From contig NC_068982.1 of NCBI RefSeq assembly GCF_001194135.2, positions 75,757,102 through 75,821,101 on the forward strand: a stretch of 64,000 nucleotides of DNA. The letters run 5' to 3'. The position numbers were made by a program, and so were the translations under genes. Shown here in pieces: positions 1-13,970 of the stretch (position 1 is its first letter; the number at the start of each line of letters is the position of its first letter). The notes under the pieces are model-generated. The model saw only the letters and a program-made list of their open reading frames with translations. It was not told where the DNA came from and ran no database searches. The stretch comes from Octopus bimaculoides. Its lineage: Eukaryota.

Positions 1-1238
1 GGAGTGAATCTCAAACTATGTGGTTGTAAAACAAACTTCTTTACTACACAGCCCAGCCTGTGACCCTAAGGATAATAAATATATTTTCTGGGTTCTTAAA
101 CACAGCTACTGGTCTCAGTCAATGCAGCTTGAAAGCAAAGACATTAAAATTTAGGAAGGGGGCTCCAAAAATATATTACAGCAACTACAAAACATGCAAA
201 TATCCAAATTTGTAAAATCAAACACTCCTAAACTATTAACTGTCTGAGATTAATTTAAACACATAAAAAGAGCAATATGATAGTTTATATTTGAAAATTT
301 CTGAAAACATTTGGAGACAAAAGAAGTGATACAAACATTTTGAGACAATTTAAATTATAACTGTCTCCATAACTTCGTCTCAGTGATACAACTGGAGCCG
401 TTTTGATAATTTCTACATCATATTATAACGCAAGACTGAATCAGACATATTGCCAACTCAACTGGAAGCTTTGCTTGAGCTTGTCTTCGTTGCTCTGAAG
501 AATTTACTGCAGTACTGACAAGTTTTATGTTGATGATTATCATTCAAAATCTCTGGAATGAATTTTGAAGACAACTGCATGTACGGGGAGTTGCACAATT
601 GGGTGTTAAAAGGAATTTATCCGAGATAAGGAAGCAAAAACAAGCAAGATAACTGCTGAAGCCTGCTTCTCAGTTAACGATAACAAAACTACAGTAAAAG
701 TCAACAGAAAAGAACTGGCAAAAAGCCAGTGATAATTGATTACACACAGAATCCACTATTAAGACAAAGTGAAAGTTTTAAAAAGTAACATCACTTGTTA
801 AAGACTAGACAAAACCAAGAATGAAATAAACATAGCCTAATATTTTCAAGTGTGCTCTGTGTTTCAACCAGAAATACAGAATACATACAAACAAGCACAT
901 TCCATTTAATGATAAAGTGAATTACACCATGCAAACAATCTAGTCATAAAATACAGATTTCCAAACAAACCTATCGAACCTGTTCTAGTTTTCATCATTT
1001 TAGCATGTTTTTATATGTTGACATTGGTTGGATAAGACTTACAGTGTGTTCCTCTAATTCAACATTATGTTGCCTGTAAGATGTAATAACACTTCTTCCC
1101 ATATTTTCTTCAATCTCTACTACAGTTGACCTACACTATCAGCTCACAGCAATATTTTACTTATCCTACATTCGTTCATGTTACAAGTCAATTCCAGTAT
1201 ACTCCCTTTAATATCCAGCCAGCTCAAATACCTTACAA

Positions 1239-2832
1239 CATAGCTTCCCAAAGTGAGCGATATCGCCCACTGGTGGGTGATATGAACATTTTTGGGGTGA
1301 CAAAGAATTTTTAGAAATTAAGTCTGCATTTACTTATATCTAGGCATGCCTAGAATAAGGGTGCACTTTTATTAATTTGACTACTTGCAGGCGACGTCCC
1401 TTTGTATTAAAAAAGCGGACTTATTTATCTATCGAATATTTTTGCTGCACAGTCATTGAGATGGTTGTCATATGTGCTAAAAATAGCAGGCAAATAGGCC
1501 TAGGCCTTGAATCATGCTCCACCACAATTTTTTTTTTTTTGCATAATTGTATGAAGTCCTTTGTGTAGGATACAAATTCACAGAAATTTTCTGAAAACTC
1601 CAGAAAATAAAGAAGTTATGAGGGGTTATATGTCATGCGTAATTCTATGGTTTCATATCAAAACACAAGTGTTATTTTCAGGATCTTGACAAAATGTGCA
1701 GTCACGTACAAAATGACAGCTCTGAAATTGTGTTTCTTGACTGGGTGAAAACGATCAAACTTTAAACCTCTATAACCTTTTAAAATCATTTTTCTAGAAA
1801 AAGCTGAATAACTCCAGCAATTTAAGTTGGAAAGATATATTTAATGTGCCAAATTTCAACATTTCAAAACATCAATTCCATCAACTTCCACAACTTGATT
1901 CTTTGAAAGATGAATTGGTTGATTGAGAGGACGATGTTCAGGGGAAATTGATAGAATTACAAAATGACAATGACGCCACAATGCGATATCACTGTAATGG
2001 CAAAGAAGGTTTGTGGTACCATCAAAGTATATTGGAATTCCTACCTCAATCTCTGAAAACATCTGAAATTACTTTTGTTTGCCTTCCCTACCTCGTATCT
2101 GGTTGAATCTCGTTTTATAATACAATCTCTTTATAATCATCATCATCATCATCATCATCATTTAACGTCCGCTTTCCATGCTAGCATGGGTTGGACGATT
2201 TGACTGAGGACTGGTGAAACCGGATGGCAACACCAGGCTCCAATCTAATTTGGCAGAGTTTCTACAGCTGGATGCCCTTCCTAACGCCAACCACTCAGAG
2301 AGTGTAGTGGGTGCTTTTACGTGTCACCCGCACAAAAACGGCCACGCTCGAAATGGTGTCTTTTATGTGCCACCGGCACAAGCCAGTCCAGGGGCACTGG
2401 CAACGATCTCACTCGAAAATCCTACGGGAGCCAGTCAGGCGGTACTGGCAACGGCCACACAATCATTAATTATTTTTGCATCGGTAGTTCTGATCAATGG
2501 TTCATTTGGGGAAAATAAAAATCAGTGTAAAAGAAAGCACAAGTTTACCAAAATTAATTTGTCTGCATAATGTAGAGTTAACGTTTAGAATTTTATTGAC
2601 ACTAATGGCAAAACTAAACCCACAGTAAGGGATTTGTAAACAGCTGCATATTTAGTCGAAACGGCACTAACCGAGCAACAAGTCTATGATATAGCGCGTG
2701 TCAAAAGAGGTTCTCCTAGGGGATTTAGTGTCGGGCGCTGGGGGGAGGGTTAACACAGGTGGACGATGGAGCATTTTTTGGCTGATAGGTGGGCGATATT
2801 GCAATTTAGCGTGAAAAGTTTGGGAAATACTG
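1239..2832 (+). mobile_element. Internally deleted hAT transposon (Buster type) with a nested RTE 3' fragment
   Basis: 8-bp TSD CCTTACAA at 1231-1238 and 2833-2840 (nnnTAnnn Buster pattern). Imperfect TIRs CATAGCTTCCCAAA / CAGTATTTCCCAAA, and both ends carry a subterminal ATATCGCCCAC. Decayed hAT C-terminal dimerisation-domain peptides at ~1939-2118 (QGKLIELQND..., LLLFAFPTSYLVESRF). Confidence 0.88.
2137..2460 (-). mobile_element. RTE LINE 3' end (young copy) inserted in the hAT element
   Basis: (CAT)n tail followed by the 3'UTR also seen at 25050-25446; CpG dinucleotides are retained. Confidence 0.85.
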
Positions 2833-3080
2833 CCTTACAACAATGGTTTCCATGTAAATTGAGGGCACACAACCAATGGATCATACCGCCTTCTCTCCAG
2901 CCTTTGTAGTTCTATCACAGTTTAAGTTCATGTCTTGTTACCATGCAGCATTACATTATTTATAGATGCTTCATTTAGTACAGCCTTTGTGCAGAAAGAG
3001 AAGGCCTTTCTTTCAAGTAGGAGGTCTCAGACACCTGGATTTTATCCATCTCTTTTTTTTAAATTGTAACTAGAATAAGA

Positions 3081-3131
<51 letters not shown>

Positions 3132-3516
3132 NNNNNNNNNNNNNNNNNNNNNNNNNNNNNNNNNNNNNNNNNNNNNNNNNNNNNNNNNNNNNNNNNNNNN
3201 NNNNNNNNNNNNNNNNNNNNNNNNNNNNNNNNNNNNNNNNNNNNNNNNNNNNNNNNNNNNNNNNNNNNNNNNNNNNNNNNNNNNNNNNNNNNNNNNNNNN
3301 NNNNNNNNNNNNNNNNNNNNNNNNNNNNNNNNNNNNNNNNNNNNNNNNNNNNNNNNNNNNNNNNNNNNNNNNNNNNNNNNNNNNNNNNNNNNNNNNNNNN
3401 NNNNNNNNNNNNNNNNNNNNNNNNNNNNNNNNNNNNNNNNNNNNNNNNNNNNNNNNNNNNNNNNNNNNNNNNNNNNNNNNNNNNNNNNNNNNNNNNNNNN
3501 NNNNNNNNNNNNNNNN
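3132..3516. other. Assembly gap (others at 17265-17327, 40663-40672, 49408-49591, 55527-55551)
   Basis: Runs of N, mostly next to simple repeats. Confidence 0.99.
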
Positions 3517-3857
3517 ATAAACCTTTAGCTCCTTTTTTAAACCAATTTTCATGCATCCTTATTTTTCCAACTATTATCTACATGGATTACCATTGAACTT
3601 TAAAAGCTCAAAGACAATATAATGTATTGGTATATTTATTTTTTTTATATATTATTTTTTTCATTTTTTACTTTTTTGTAAAAAAACATTTTCATTCTCC
3701 CTCTTCTTGAAAATTTGCCATGCAATGAAAGCCGGTTAGAAATCTATATTAAAATATACTTTCATTTTAGCATTCTGCCTTATTATTAGTTTTCATTTTC
3801 CTATTATTTCTCCACATGCGGTTAACACAACCCCACTATTTACTGACTTATATATAT

Positions 3858-3998
3858 GCATGACTGAGAAGCTTGCATTCCAGCCATGTGATTCCGGGTT
3901 CAGTCCCACTGTGTTGCACCTTGAGCAAGTGTCTTTTATGGCTAGAGCCAACCAAAGCTTTGTAAGTAGATTTAGTAGATGGAAACTAAAAGTCCATC

Positions 3999-4043
<45 letters not shown>

Positions 4044-4305
4044 CGCGCGCGCGTGCGTGCGTGCGTGCGTGCATGCATGCATAGCCTTGTCTCAACAACA
4101 CATGATGGTTGTGAACAAGTGTCACCATCATACAAACAATGTTGTTCATTTCCAATCTTCTGTGAAAAACATTTCTGGCAATGGGGAAATGTCTTGCTTA
4201 GAAACAGGTGAGGATCAGTGACAGGAAGGACATCTAGTCAAAGAAAATCAGCCTCAACAAATTTTGTCTGACCTATGAAAACATGGAAAAGTGAACCTAA
4301 AATAA
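3858..4305 (+). mobile_element. tRNA-derived SINE (family A; CORE-like centre, internal (TG)n, RTE-type 3' tail)
   Basis: B-box-like GGGTTCAGTCCC, then CACCTTGAGCAAGTGTC, a (TG)n/(GCGT)n microsatellite and a 3' half ending CATGGAAAAGTG. The same structure recurs at 13562-13970, 43905-44300 and 50515-50913. Confidence 0.75.
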
Positions 4306-7179
4306 TATTTTTACATCCACATTTTTCATGCCAGAATTGACTGAAAAAATATTCTATATCCTGGTGCCCTTCCTGTTACCAACTCTTGCTTGTTTTCAAA
4401 ATAAGGTGCTTTATTCCACTAGTCTTTGCATGACAAATCTCTGAGGTGTGGAACATAATGATTATGCAGGACATAGCATATATCACTGCTACCCAAGTGA
4501 TATCAAAAAGATACACAGAGACAAACACATACACAATGGGTTTCCATACAGTTTCCATCAATAAAATTTCACTCGCAAGGCATTAGTCAACCTGAAAGTA
4601 TTGTAGATGACACTTATTCAAGGTGTCATGCAGTGGGAATTGAACGCAAAACCACAAGGCTGCAAAGTAGTGTCCACAATGTCTTGACCGCATCATAGTT
4701 TGTCAGTCACATAAACTCATAATTCTACTAATGCCTAAATATAGTAAGATACTGCATCTTGTTTTGGAGTATCAACAAGAATAGAAATTTATGAGGAATT
4801 TATGATTGTGAATATCAACAATCCAGATATCCATACAATAGTATGTTCCTATCTACATTGTGCATCATGATAATGGAAGTAACTGAAACAGAGCAAAAAG
4901 TAAACAGATGGTAGTTATGGTAGCAGAGGGCAAGCATGGTGGTGTTGATAACGGTGAATGAAGAAAGATTTATAAAAAGAGAGAAGTACTAAAATATATA
5001 GAGAGTAAAAGTCAGAGAATATAAAAATAAGATATGATAATGGTTAATGACGGTGGTGGTAGGGTTGGTGACGTTTATACTGAAATGTCAGGGAGTAGGA
5101 GTAAAAATAGAGAGTGGTAAAGCTAGCTCAGGGTTGTAATGAGAGAGAGAAGTGAAAGGATGAGTAAGAGTGAGAATTGAAATAAACAAATAAGAGAAGA
5201 AACAGAACATTGAAAGCATGAAAGTGATACAGAGATGGAGAGGGAGAAGGAACAATATGAAACACAGCAAAGTTTATGCAGTCACCACTGCTTTAGCTAT
5301 CTCACTATCTCATTATATCTCTCTCTCTGAATTTATGTTTTTTACAAATATCTTAGTATATACAATGTTTAGTTGAAAGTTTACAACACAAATGCTGAGA
5401 TCTGTAAATAGGTATGTATTATCTTTATGATTGTCAGCATGTGCATAAATAGTAGAAAACACTTGCCAATGTGTTGAACAGTGGAACTGAACTGAAAACC
5501 ACACAGTTGGGAAGCAAACTTCTGAACCACACAGCCATACTTGCATGAGAGAGAGAGAGATCGAATTGTCCCAAGTGTGTGAATAAGTACTTCACTTGAG
5601 TTTTATAGTGTCAACAACTGATTAGAGCTGAAGTAGAAGCCTAACAGTTAGCAATGTTTTAAACATGTTTTATCCATGAAAGATTGGAGGTTACGGGACA
5701 TAGTATTTGCAGCGAGTTTGAGCACTTTTGCTGTGTTGTTCATGAATAAGAAGGATAGAGCCTAAGGTTGTTTATGGTCTGAGTGTTGGTGAAGAAAACT
5801 AGCTATTTCTCCCATTCAGTACTCATTGTTGTCACAGTACATGGAGGTAATGCAAATTCGGTGTGAGGTATCTAGACTGCAAATGGATAAGGGACACACA
5901 TAGGATCTGTTTCATTATAGGTGTGCGTGTGCATGTACACACACATGCTTAGAAGTGGCAGTGATTAAGTTATTCATTCTCAGAAGAAAAAGTATGAAAG
6001 ACATAACCCAACCATAAAGTTTAACCCCTCCATCTCCCAGTATAAAGCTGCCTTTCTCGGGGTTCATGGTCCTGTATGCTATATGGCAACCTTGCTAGCG
6101 TGGGTGGCATGAAAAAAGCAAGTAAACACTGTAAACTGGTTGATATTTAGAAAGGTTTCTAGCTTTTAAAACTGAAAGAGACAGTAGAGCATTGTGTACT
6201 CCTTGGACCCATCAGATCCTGTTCAAACCATTCAACCCATGCCAGCATGGAACACAGATATTAAGTGTTGAGTATGATGAAGTATGCCTGACTTGACAGA
6301 CTATAAACTGGAGACAGCTTCATTATTGCAAAATATGATAAAGCAATGTAAGAGTAAATTCCAATGAAAGGTAACTTTAGTTAAATTCTCATAACAGATA
6401 CAATTGAGAACAATAACATTGCATTGGCTTAAGTTCTTAAAGGCAAGAAACAACTTATATGTAAGTCTGAGGTGGATCTGGCTGTTCACAAATCATACTT
6501 ATAGTCAGTGGTGGTTTAGACAATATTAATCAGTATACATTTTCTTGCTTGAGTTGTGGAGTTGAGGCTTGATTTTTCTTGGTTAAAACTTGGTTTTATC
6601 TTGCCAGATATTGTTTATATGTATTCCCGTAAATAAGAATTACATCACTGTCCTCTCCCAATGGCTTCTTCAATTCTCCTTGACAACCTCTCATCTTCCT
6701 CTGTTTATGATGTACCTCTCCTCTCCACTATCTGCTGATATTTACTCATATAATATAGAATAGCATGAGACCAACACCACCTAAAAAAACAGATTTGCAA
6801 GCAAGACATAGTCAGCTCTCCAAACCACCTAGGAAGGCAGTAACTCTGAATCATACTCAAACAGTGATGAATCACCTAACCCATACCAGTATGGTTAATG
6901 GATGATGATGACATTGCCTCAAACTCAAAAGGAAGAAACAAAACACCCAACATTAAATAGACAAAGCTTACTACCCTCTTGACACAAACTCAGTCATTAA
7001 CATTCAATTTATGGAGCCCCAAGCAAGAAAATGCAATATTTCGATCAATATATGGTAAAAAGTTGAAACTATATGAATAATTTTTTACTAAATTAGCAAG
7101 TCAGTCCACTGTTCCTATCCATGTACTCTATTTGAGCAACAGGTTTTCATTCTTGTTCTTCAGAAAGTAAAACATGAAA

Positions 7180-7720
7180 CCCCACCACCCCCTACAAAAT
7201 TCACAACATTCACCCTCTCATCTACTCCCTATCTGTAACCATCTTTTCTTCTCCCATACACTCTTACAAACTTTACTCTAGCCACACTTCTTGTTCTCAC
7301 TTCCTTTTTACATATCTTGTGTCTTGAGGGTTCACCCGACATCTTATCACCACCATTCTTATGTCTACCCAGTTCCACTCTCAACCTCTATTATATAATG
7401 AAAGTAGCTACAGCAAGAAACCTGTTCTGGTTTAGCCCTTCTCTCTTACTTCATCCTATAGTATAAAGTCATTGCCTTCCCTGCTGTAGCCCACTCAGTT
7501 GAAGATCTTAATTTTGCAGGCTGCATGGTGACCTCACCTGTACTGATGCTAAGAAAAAAAAGCCTCAAGTACATTCTGTAAAGTGGCTGGCAATAGGAAG
7601 GATCCAACCACAGAAACCATGCTGCTAAGGCAAACAATGGAGCACAATGCAGTTTTCAGACTCGTCAAACCATCCAATCCATGTTGGCATGGAATACTGA
7701 CAATAAATGAATAATATATG
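7180..7720 (+). repeat. Non-autonomous repeat (family C): C/T-rich body + CAGCAAGAAAC motif + RTE-type tail
   Basis: The same organisation appears at 10682-11320 (-), 55916-56700 (-) and 58090-58665 (+). Boundaries are approximate. Confidence 0.55.
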
Positions 7721-7789
7721 ATGGGGTTTTTCAGTTTCCATCTATCAAATCCACCCTCAAGGCTTTGACAAGCACAAAACCTTAATATG

Positions 7790-9290
7790 GAGTTTCTACT
7801 TGTACCCTGAATTCTTTTGCTGTACTCATTGCCAACCTGATCATAGGTTGTACAACTCTCACCAACCACTCGTCTATCCCTAGTTTCCGCATTGACTACC
7901 AGATAATGGATTGGGGGACCCTGTCAAAAGCTTTCTCCAAGTCAACAAAGGCCAAGTACAGAGGTTTATCTTTGGCTATGTATTTCTCCTGCAACTGCCT
8001 TACCAGCATCAATGGTGCTTCTCCCTGGCACAAAACCAAACTACATCTCATCCAAGCTAACTCTCTCCCTAATTAGTTGGGCTATGACTCTCTCGATTAA
8101 CTTTCATCACCTGATCCAACAATTTGATACCTCAGTAATTATTTCTATCTCAGGTATCACCTTTACCTTTGTAGCAGTTGACTATGGTACTGCTACACCA
8201 GTCATTGGGTATGACTCCTTCATGAACCACCTGATTTACTTAACCTGACTAGACCTTAACCCACACCACCATATATTTTAAGCATCTCAACAATGATTCC
8301 TGATGGGCTGGGGGCTTTTCTTGTCTTCATATCCTTAATTGCTTTATCTACCAAAGAACTGTTGATTCAGGTAGCTGGTCCCTCAATTGGGTCAACATTT
8401 GGAAGACTCTGCTCCTCCCATTTATTCTCCACGTTCAGCAGTCTTTCATATTGGCATTTCCAAGCCACTCTGCAGAATTATTAAATGCAAGTGCACCATC
8501 ATCCATGTGGACACATTTCTCTCATGCACTGTCTTGCAATCCGAAACACTTTAGTTCTTTGGTCCTCACATCGCTGAACATAGGTAAACTTCTTTTCTGC
8601 TTCTCCCTTGGCTAGATATACACTTGTCTCCTAGCTTCCCTTCTGGCTATCTGATACAGTTCCCTGCTTCTCGCCCACTCTTCCAGGCCTGTTTCTTTGC
8701 TCTAATGGCCCTGTTTACCACATTGTTCCACTACCACATTACTCTAGGTTTGGATGGGACTTTGCACCAAACACAGATTTGGTCTGTGGCACTCAACAAG
8801 CTGTCCCACAGGAATTCCCAGTTGTCCTCTATGCCACAAATCTGTATCTCCTCCTCCCTCTCATCAGATTTCTCAATTAGGATGTCCCTAAATCTCTGAC
8901 CATATGAAAGGTCTTTAAACTTCCAAATCTTTCTTTTCCAGATTGGTCTGCTTCTTGGCATCCTTTTGGTCAGGAGTCTAAAACCACTGATGACTAGTTT
9001 ATGCTGAGGGGTACATTCTTCACTAAGAAGGATCTTTGTATTTAAGAGCAACCATGCATCCCATTGTCAGGTGAGAATGTAATCAATCTGGTTAGTACAG
9101 TTACTTGAATGGGAGGTTATCAGGTGGCTGGCTGGCTTCCTGGAGTTGGTGTTGCAGATCAATAAGTTGTTTGTATCACAGAACTCCAGTAGCCTTGTTT
9201 CCTCTGTTTCAGGGACCAATTCTATGGACACCATGAAAGATACCAGTCTACCGTTCAACATGCCTATTGAAATCCCCAGCCACATGCGTA
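7790..9290 (-). mobile_element. RTE-clade LINE fragment (AP endonuclease to reverse transcriptase, frameshifted)
   Basis: ORF 9067-9285 has RLLEFCDTNNLLICNT...QIDYILT and ORF 8731-9051 has QHKLVI (APE domain). Downstream RT-region peptides include DWCSSTIVNCYKGKGD and NNY..IKLLDQVMKV. Confidence 0.88.
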
Positions 9291-9888
9291 TTATTGTCTA
9301 CTTGCCTTGATATCGCATGATAGTTGTAGGCGAGTGTCACCATTATACAAGTAGTGTCCTATTGTTTCCTACCTTCCATGAAGGCCATGAGAGAATATTA
9401 ACAGGTCAGGGTTGGTGAATATTAACAGGCTGGTGACAAGGCATCTGGCTACAGAGAATCTGTCTCAACAAATTCTGTCTGAGCCATGTGAGCATGGAAA
9501 AGTAGATGTTAAAATAATGGACGATAATGATAATGTAAACAAACTGTTCCACAAGAACAGACCAACTCATGTTGGTCTAATACAATTGGGTAATAAAGAC
9601 GATTAGGAATTTACCTTTCCTTTAGCAAAGTAACCAAAACAGTTTGTGAATCATGTTAATTCAGCTTAATCTTAGCGTTGAAATATTTACTCTCCTAACA
9701 TGCTGGAATGGAAAAGCTAAGAGATATTATTCTTAACCAAATGATTAATTCGGTAGGAAGAATGAGAATTGAAAGAATGTAAACAGCTAGTAAATTGAAA
9801 AACTTTTGATTGGGGGAGGGGGAAAGGAAGGATAAGTATTTAGTGTTTCACCAAAAGCAAACCATTTCCTCCCCTTTATTAATTATTA

Positions 9889-9946
<58 letters not shown>

Positions 9947-10036
9947 TACACACATCCAGTTGATCATATTAAATCTCAGTGTATTTTCTATCAAACAGAA
10001 TTGAATAAACATGGACAAAGATTGAACAATACTTAC

Positions 10037-10238
10037 ATTTCTTCACAAACTCATAAACATATTTGTTTTTCAATAAGTTTTGTGTCTGGCATTCGTTAAA
10101 TAAAACATATAAACAATCCAAGAGCCCCTGATGGTTCACTAATGAATCCAATATGCCAGCCTCTTGGATTTCTCCTTGCATCAGCTTCTCCAGTTTTTGG
10201 ATTCGACTCGTAATCGAATCCATACTTTCATTATCCAT
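10037..10238 (-). CDS. CIT: First coding exon of citron Rho-interacting serine/threonine kinase (DMPK/ROCK/MRCK family N-terminal segment), 67 codons + 1 nt
   Basis: Translates MDNESMDSITSRIQKLEKLMQGEIQEAGILDSLVNHQGLLDCLYVLFNECQTQNLLKNKYVYEFVKK, matching the citron N-terminus (human EPIASRASRLNLFFQG...[31 protein letters not shown]) better than ROCK or MRCK. On the minus strand the acceptor ttcttcttttag ends at 10249, followed by 10 nt of UTR, ATG at 10238, and a phase-1 donor T|gtaagt at 10036. Confidence 0.82.
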
Positions 10239-10681
10239 TTTGATTTCGCTAAAAGAAGAAAAAAAATAATAGTAATAACAAATGAATAACAATAATAAAA
10301 TATATAAAGAAAAGTAATGCAAAGTCTTAATAAGATGACTTTAATATAAAAAAGAATTTCCTAATTGATGAACAGATTTTTTTTTCCTTCTTCAGATGAG
10401 TAAACAAGTTATTATACAAAGGCATATAATTGAACAGCAAATGCTTTTAGTTGAGTTTGCATTGTATTGAAAGCTTATCCATTTATCTCAAGATCAAATT
10501 TGCCCCTGAAGTATTAGGATGTTAATTTGTTGTAAATGTATGGTATTTAGAAATTATTTCAGTGAAGGAATAGTGCAAACATTTGCAGCTACAAATGAAA
10601 AATCATCGAACATCTGAGGAAAATATTGGAAAATGTAAGTAAAAGCTGGGCATGTGGGTAGGTATGAGAAATCATCTGATC

Positions 10682-11320
10682 ATTTAATCATTTAACATCC
10701 ATGTTCCATGCTGGCAACAGGTAGGTTTGACAGAATTAGATGGGTCTAGGGCTACATTGTCCTCAACTGCCAATTTTGGCATGGTTTCTCTAGTTGAACG
10801 CCCTTCCTGATGCCAACCACTTTACAGTGAGTACTGGGTGCATTTTTTCACACCACCAGCACTAGTGAGGTTACTATACATATTGCAAAACTACAAACCC
10901 TGAGAGGTGGCTTTATGCTAGTAGATGAGGGGTTGCAGGATAGGGACAGAACAGAACAGAATAGGTTTCTTGCTGTAGAGAAGTAAATTATATGACCACT
11001 CACATTTTAGAAGAGAAGATGGGAATGAGTGGGGTGGAGTGGTGAAGAGATAAAAATAGTAGCAATGAGGTGTCTGTATGGACCCTCAAGGTGGGGAGGT
11101 AGAGATTGAAAGAGTGTATGGGATAGTGAGCGATGGAGACTGGATGAGGTATGTGTGAATACAATAAAGGACAAGATTTGAAGGGTGGATGTTTTATCCA
11201 ATGGTGAATAAAGAGGTGTCCAATGATGCATGGGGATGAAGAGCAGCAGAATATAACAATGATACAATGGACAGGGGTGGGGGATGATTGGTTGGGTATG
11301 GACCATATAGTCCCTTCACT
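10682..11320 (-). repeat. Family C RTE-tailed non-autonomous repeat
   Basis: Tail-type sequence catttaacatccatgttccatgctggc at ~10690, GGTTTCTTGCTGTAG motif at ~10965, and a purine-rich (plus-strand) body. Confidence 0.55.
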
Positions 11321-11786
11321 GATTTGCAACTGGTAGTAATTTTAAAAAGTTATAAATGCTGCTGTTGGTATTTTAATTTATTTATTTACTTTTTAATAAC
11401 ATGAAATAACGAAGCTACCTCATTAGCTATTAACAAAGTTGAAAACAACGTCAGGCACCCCCCACCATCTTTTTTTTTTTTTTTTCATGTCTTGTTTTAA
11501 AAGGATAGTTGAAATAGTAGAAAAATATTCTAAATCATTAAACAAATTTTGGATATATAACCTAAAATTGAAAGCCATAAAATTATTTCAATTACAGTCT
11601 TTAAAAAAATTTTTTTTTTTTTAGAAAAATACAAGAAATAGTTCATTTTTGATTTCTTAGTATTTATTTTTAGGAAATGATCGATAATTCTTAAGGATAG
11701 TTCTTGTTAACAACTGCATATTTTCAAATCACTTTATGGAAGATTTCTTTCAGTTACTCCCAAGAGTTGTTAGACTTAAAATGTAA

Positions 11787-11849
<63 letters not shown>

Positions 11850-12251
11850 ATGCCAGTAGTAGCCACTTCTTGTTCTATTTCATAACCTATTTTCCAATCA
11901 TTAGAGAATCTCTAATGAGCTGCTTCTTTCAGATTTCACAACCTGTCAACTCTCTTCTCTCCAAGCCAATTAAACACTGACAAACCACACATGCTTCAGT
12001 TTTGAAAACTCCCTAATTTATCAATTTCAAGTCAGGTTTGCAACAATTTTCACTGATATGCTTGTTCTTTTATGTAACTAATTTATATACAACTTATTCA
12101 CAGATAATAGAATATGAACTCAAATTAAAGGTTGGTACTACAAGTCAGCTTTACTCAACAAAATACATCAATGTTAACACAATTCTAAAACAACCACACC
12201 ATTAAAATTATACTAATGACTTAGAAATACAATTAAACTAAAATGTATATA

Positions 12252-12625
12252 CGAAGTTCGATCAAAAAGTATCAGGACTGTTGCTATAGTAACAGAGCTA
12301 AAGTATGCAGAGTGAAACCCCTTGGCACAGATTGACTTTGAACTCTGTAACACATGCACATTAAGTTATAATGTTTTTGCTCACTTCCATTGTTTATAGC
12401 AGTGCTTGGAAGTAAAGTGTGTAGAGTGTAGTTGTCTCAAAATGAAGGTCAGGTTTCAGCTGTGCAGGATCATCTTCAATGCGTCAAAGACAAAAACAAG
12501 ATTTCTAGATGTTGAGGAAATCCAAGATAATGCAATGAGGCAGCTGCTAGCTATCCCCCAAAAAAGAGTTCCAGGAATGTTTCCATCAATGGAAATGATG
12601 TTGGATAACTCACTGCATTCTTAAA
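12252..12625 (+). mobile_element. Deleted mariner element (left TIR + transposase C-terminus)
   Basis: TA followed by CGAAGTTCGATCAAAAAGTATCAGGACT (mariner-type TIR). Peptide KTRFLDVEEIQDNAMRQLLAIP / KEFQECFHQWK resembles the mariner C-terminal helix. No right TIR found. Confidence 0.6.
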
Positions 12626-13561
12626 AACACTTGTATCAAAAGACAAGTATATTTGGTTATAAAAAAGGAACCCCAAAAAAAACATACACTCTACAGAACT
12701 TGATCTATGCAAATGGAGCTAAGCTAATATTTTCAGTTTGTATATAACCCACACCACTTGTTCTATCCTCACTCACTTCTACAATTCATACCTTCGTGTT
12801 CCATGTTCACACCTCATTATTCTGGCCCCTACTCTCATACTTTAACATCCAGGTCTAGCATAAAGCCTCCTGCCTCTCAACTGAAGCTTCACTCAGTTGA
12901 AGGAGATTTAAGTTTTGCAAGTGCAACCTCACTTGTGCTAGTACCATGAAAAAAAAGCACCATGTACATTCTGTAAACAGGTTGGCACTAGGATGGGTAT
13001 CCAACTGATGAAACCACACTAAAGCAGACATTGAATCATGATGTAGTCCTCAGACTAGTTGGATACCGTCAAACTGTCCAACCAATGAAACACAGACATT
13101 AAAAGATGGTGATGATGACAATGACCATCTTTTATAGGTAAGCTCTGATGTCTTTCAAAATCAACATTTACATACAAGCAAGCTTGACTGCATATACATA
13201 CAACTCAGGATGATAAATCTCATCAGCTGAAATATTTATTAGTTGCTTAAGGAAAAACATTACTACAAGTGTGAGAAAAAATACAAACTAAATATTCTAA
13301 CAGCACAACTGCAATGAAATTAACACATCAGTGGTGTGAAACAAACCATATACAAAACTAAAGCTACAGAAAATTATGTAATTTTGAAATTAATATTTAA
13401 TATCTATCAAGAAATTAGTTTCTTGACAAGTTAATAATAAAAATAGTTGTTTGAATTGTAGTAGTGTTGACAACAGAGGTGGATTTAATGAAAGAACAGA
13501 GAAAGGACAGGGAAATTCATTTAACCAATCCATGTCATATAGAAAATACAATCATCACCAT

Positions 13562-13761
13562 CAATTTAACATTCGCTTTTCCATGCTTGCATGAGTCAGA
13601 ATTAAGGCAGATTTTCTACAGCCAGATACCGTTCCTGTCACCAACCTTCACCTGTTTCTAAGCAAGATAATATTTCCCCCTATGGCAAGACATTTTTGTA
13701 GAATATTGGAAATGAATGATATTGTATGACAGTGACACTCATAACTATCATGTGATGTCAA

Positions 13762-13814
<53 letters not shown>

Positions 13815-13970
13815 CTTTCAATTTCCATCAACTAAATCTATTCACGAGGCTTACTCAGCCAGGGATTATATTGAAAGACACTTGCCAAATGTCCCATACA
13901 CTGGAACTTAACTTTAAAAAAAAAAAAACCATGTGGTTGAGAAGCAAATTTGTTAACCACACAGCCATAA
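13562..13970 (-). mobile_element. SINE family A, full-length copy
   Basis: Reverse complement of the 3858-4305 structure, with an internal (AC)n. Confidence 0.72.

Noticed and set aside
3059-3556. Long ORFs across N gaps or dinucleotide repeats (also 16390-16792, 17177-17498, 49363-49821, 63344-63972)
   Set aside because: Open only because of N runs or stop-free microsatellites.
1-10030. Further CIT kinase-domain exons
   Set aside because: I found no minus-strand segment encoding the expected DF...IG.G.FG.V..VREK sequence with valid splice sites; the next exon is probably left of the window.
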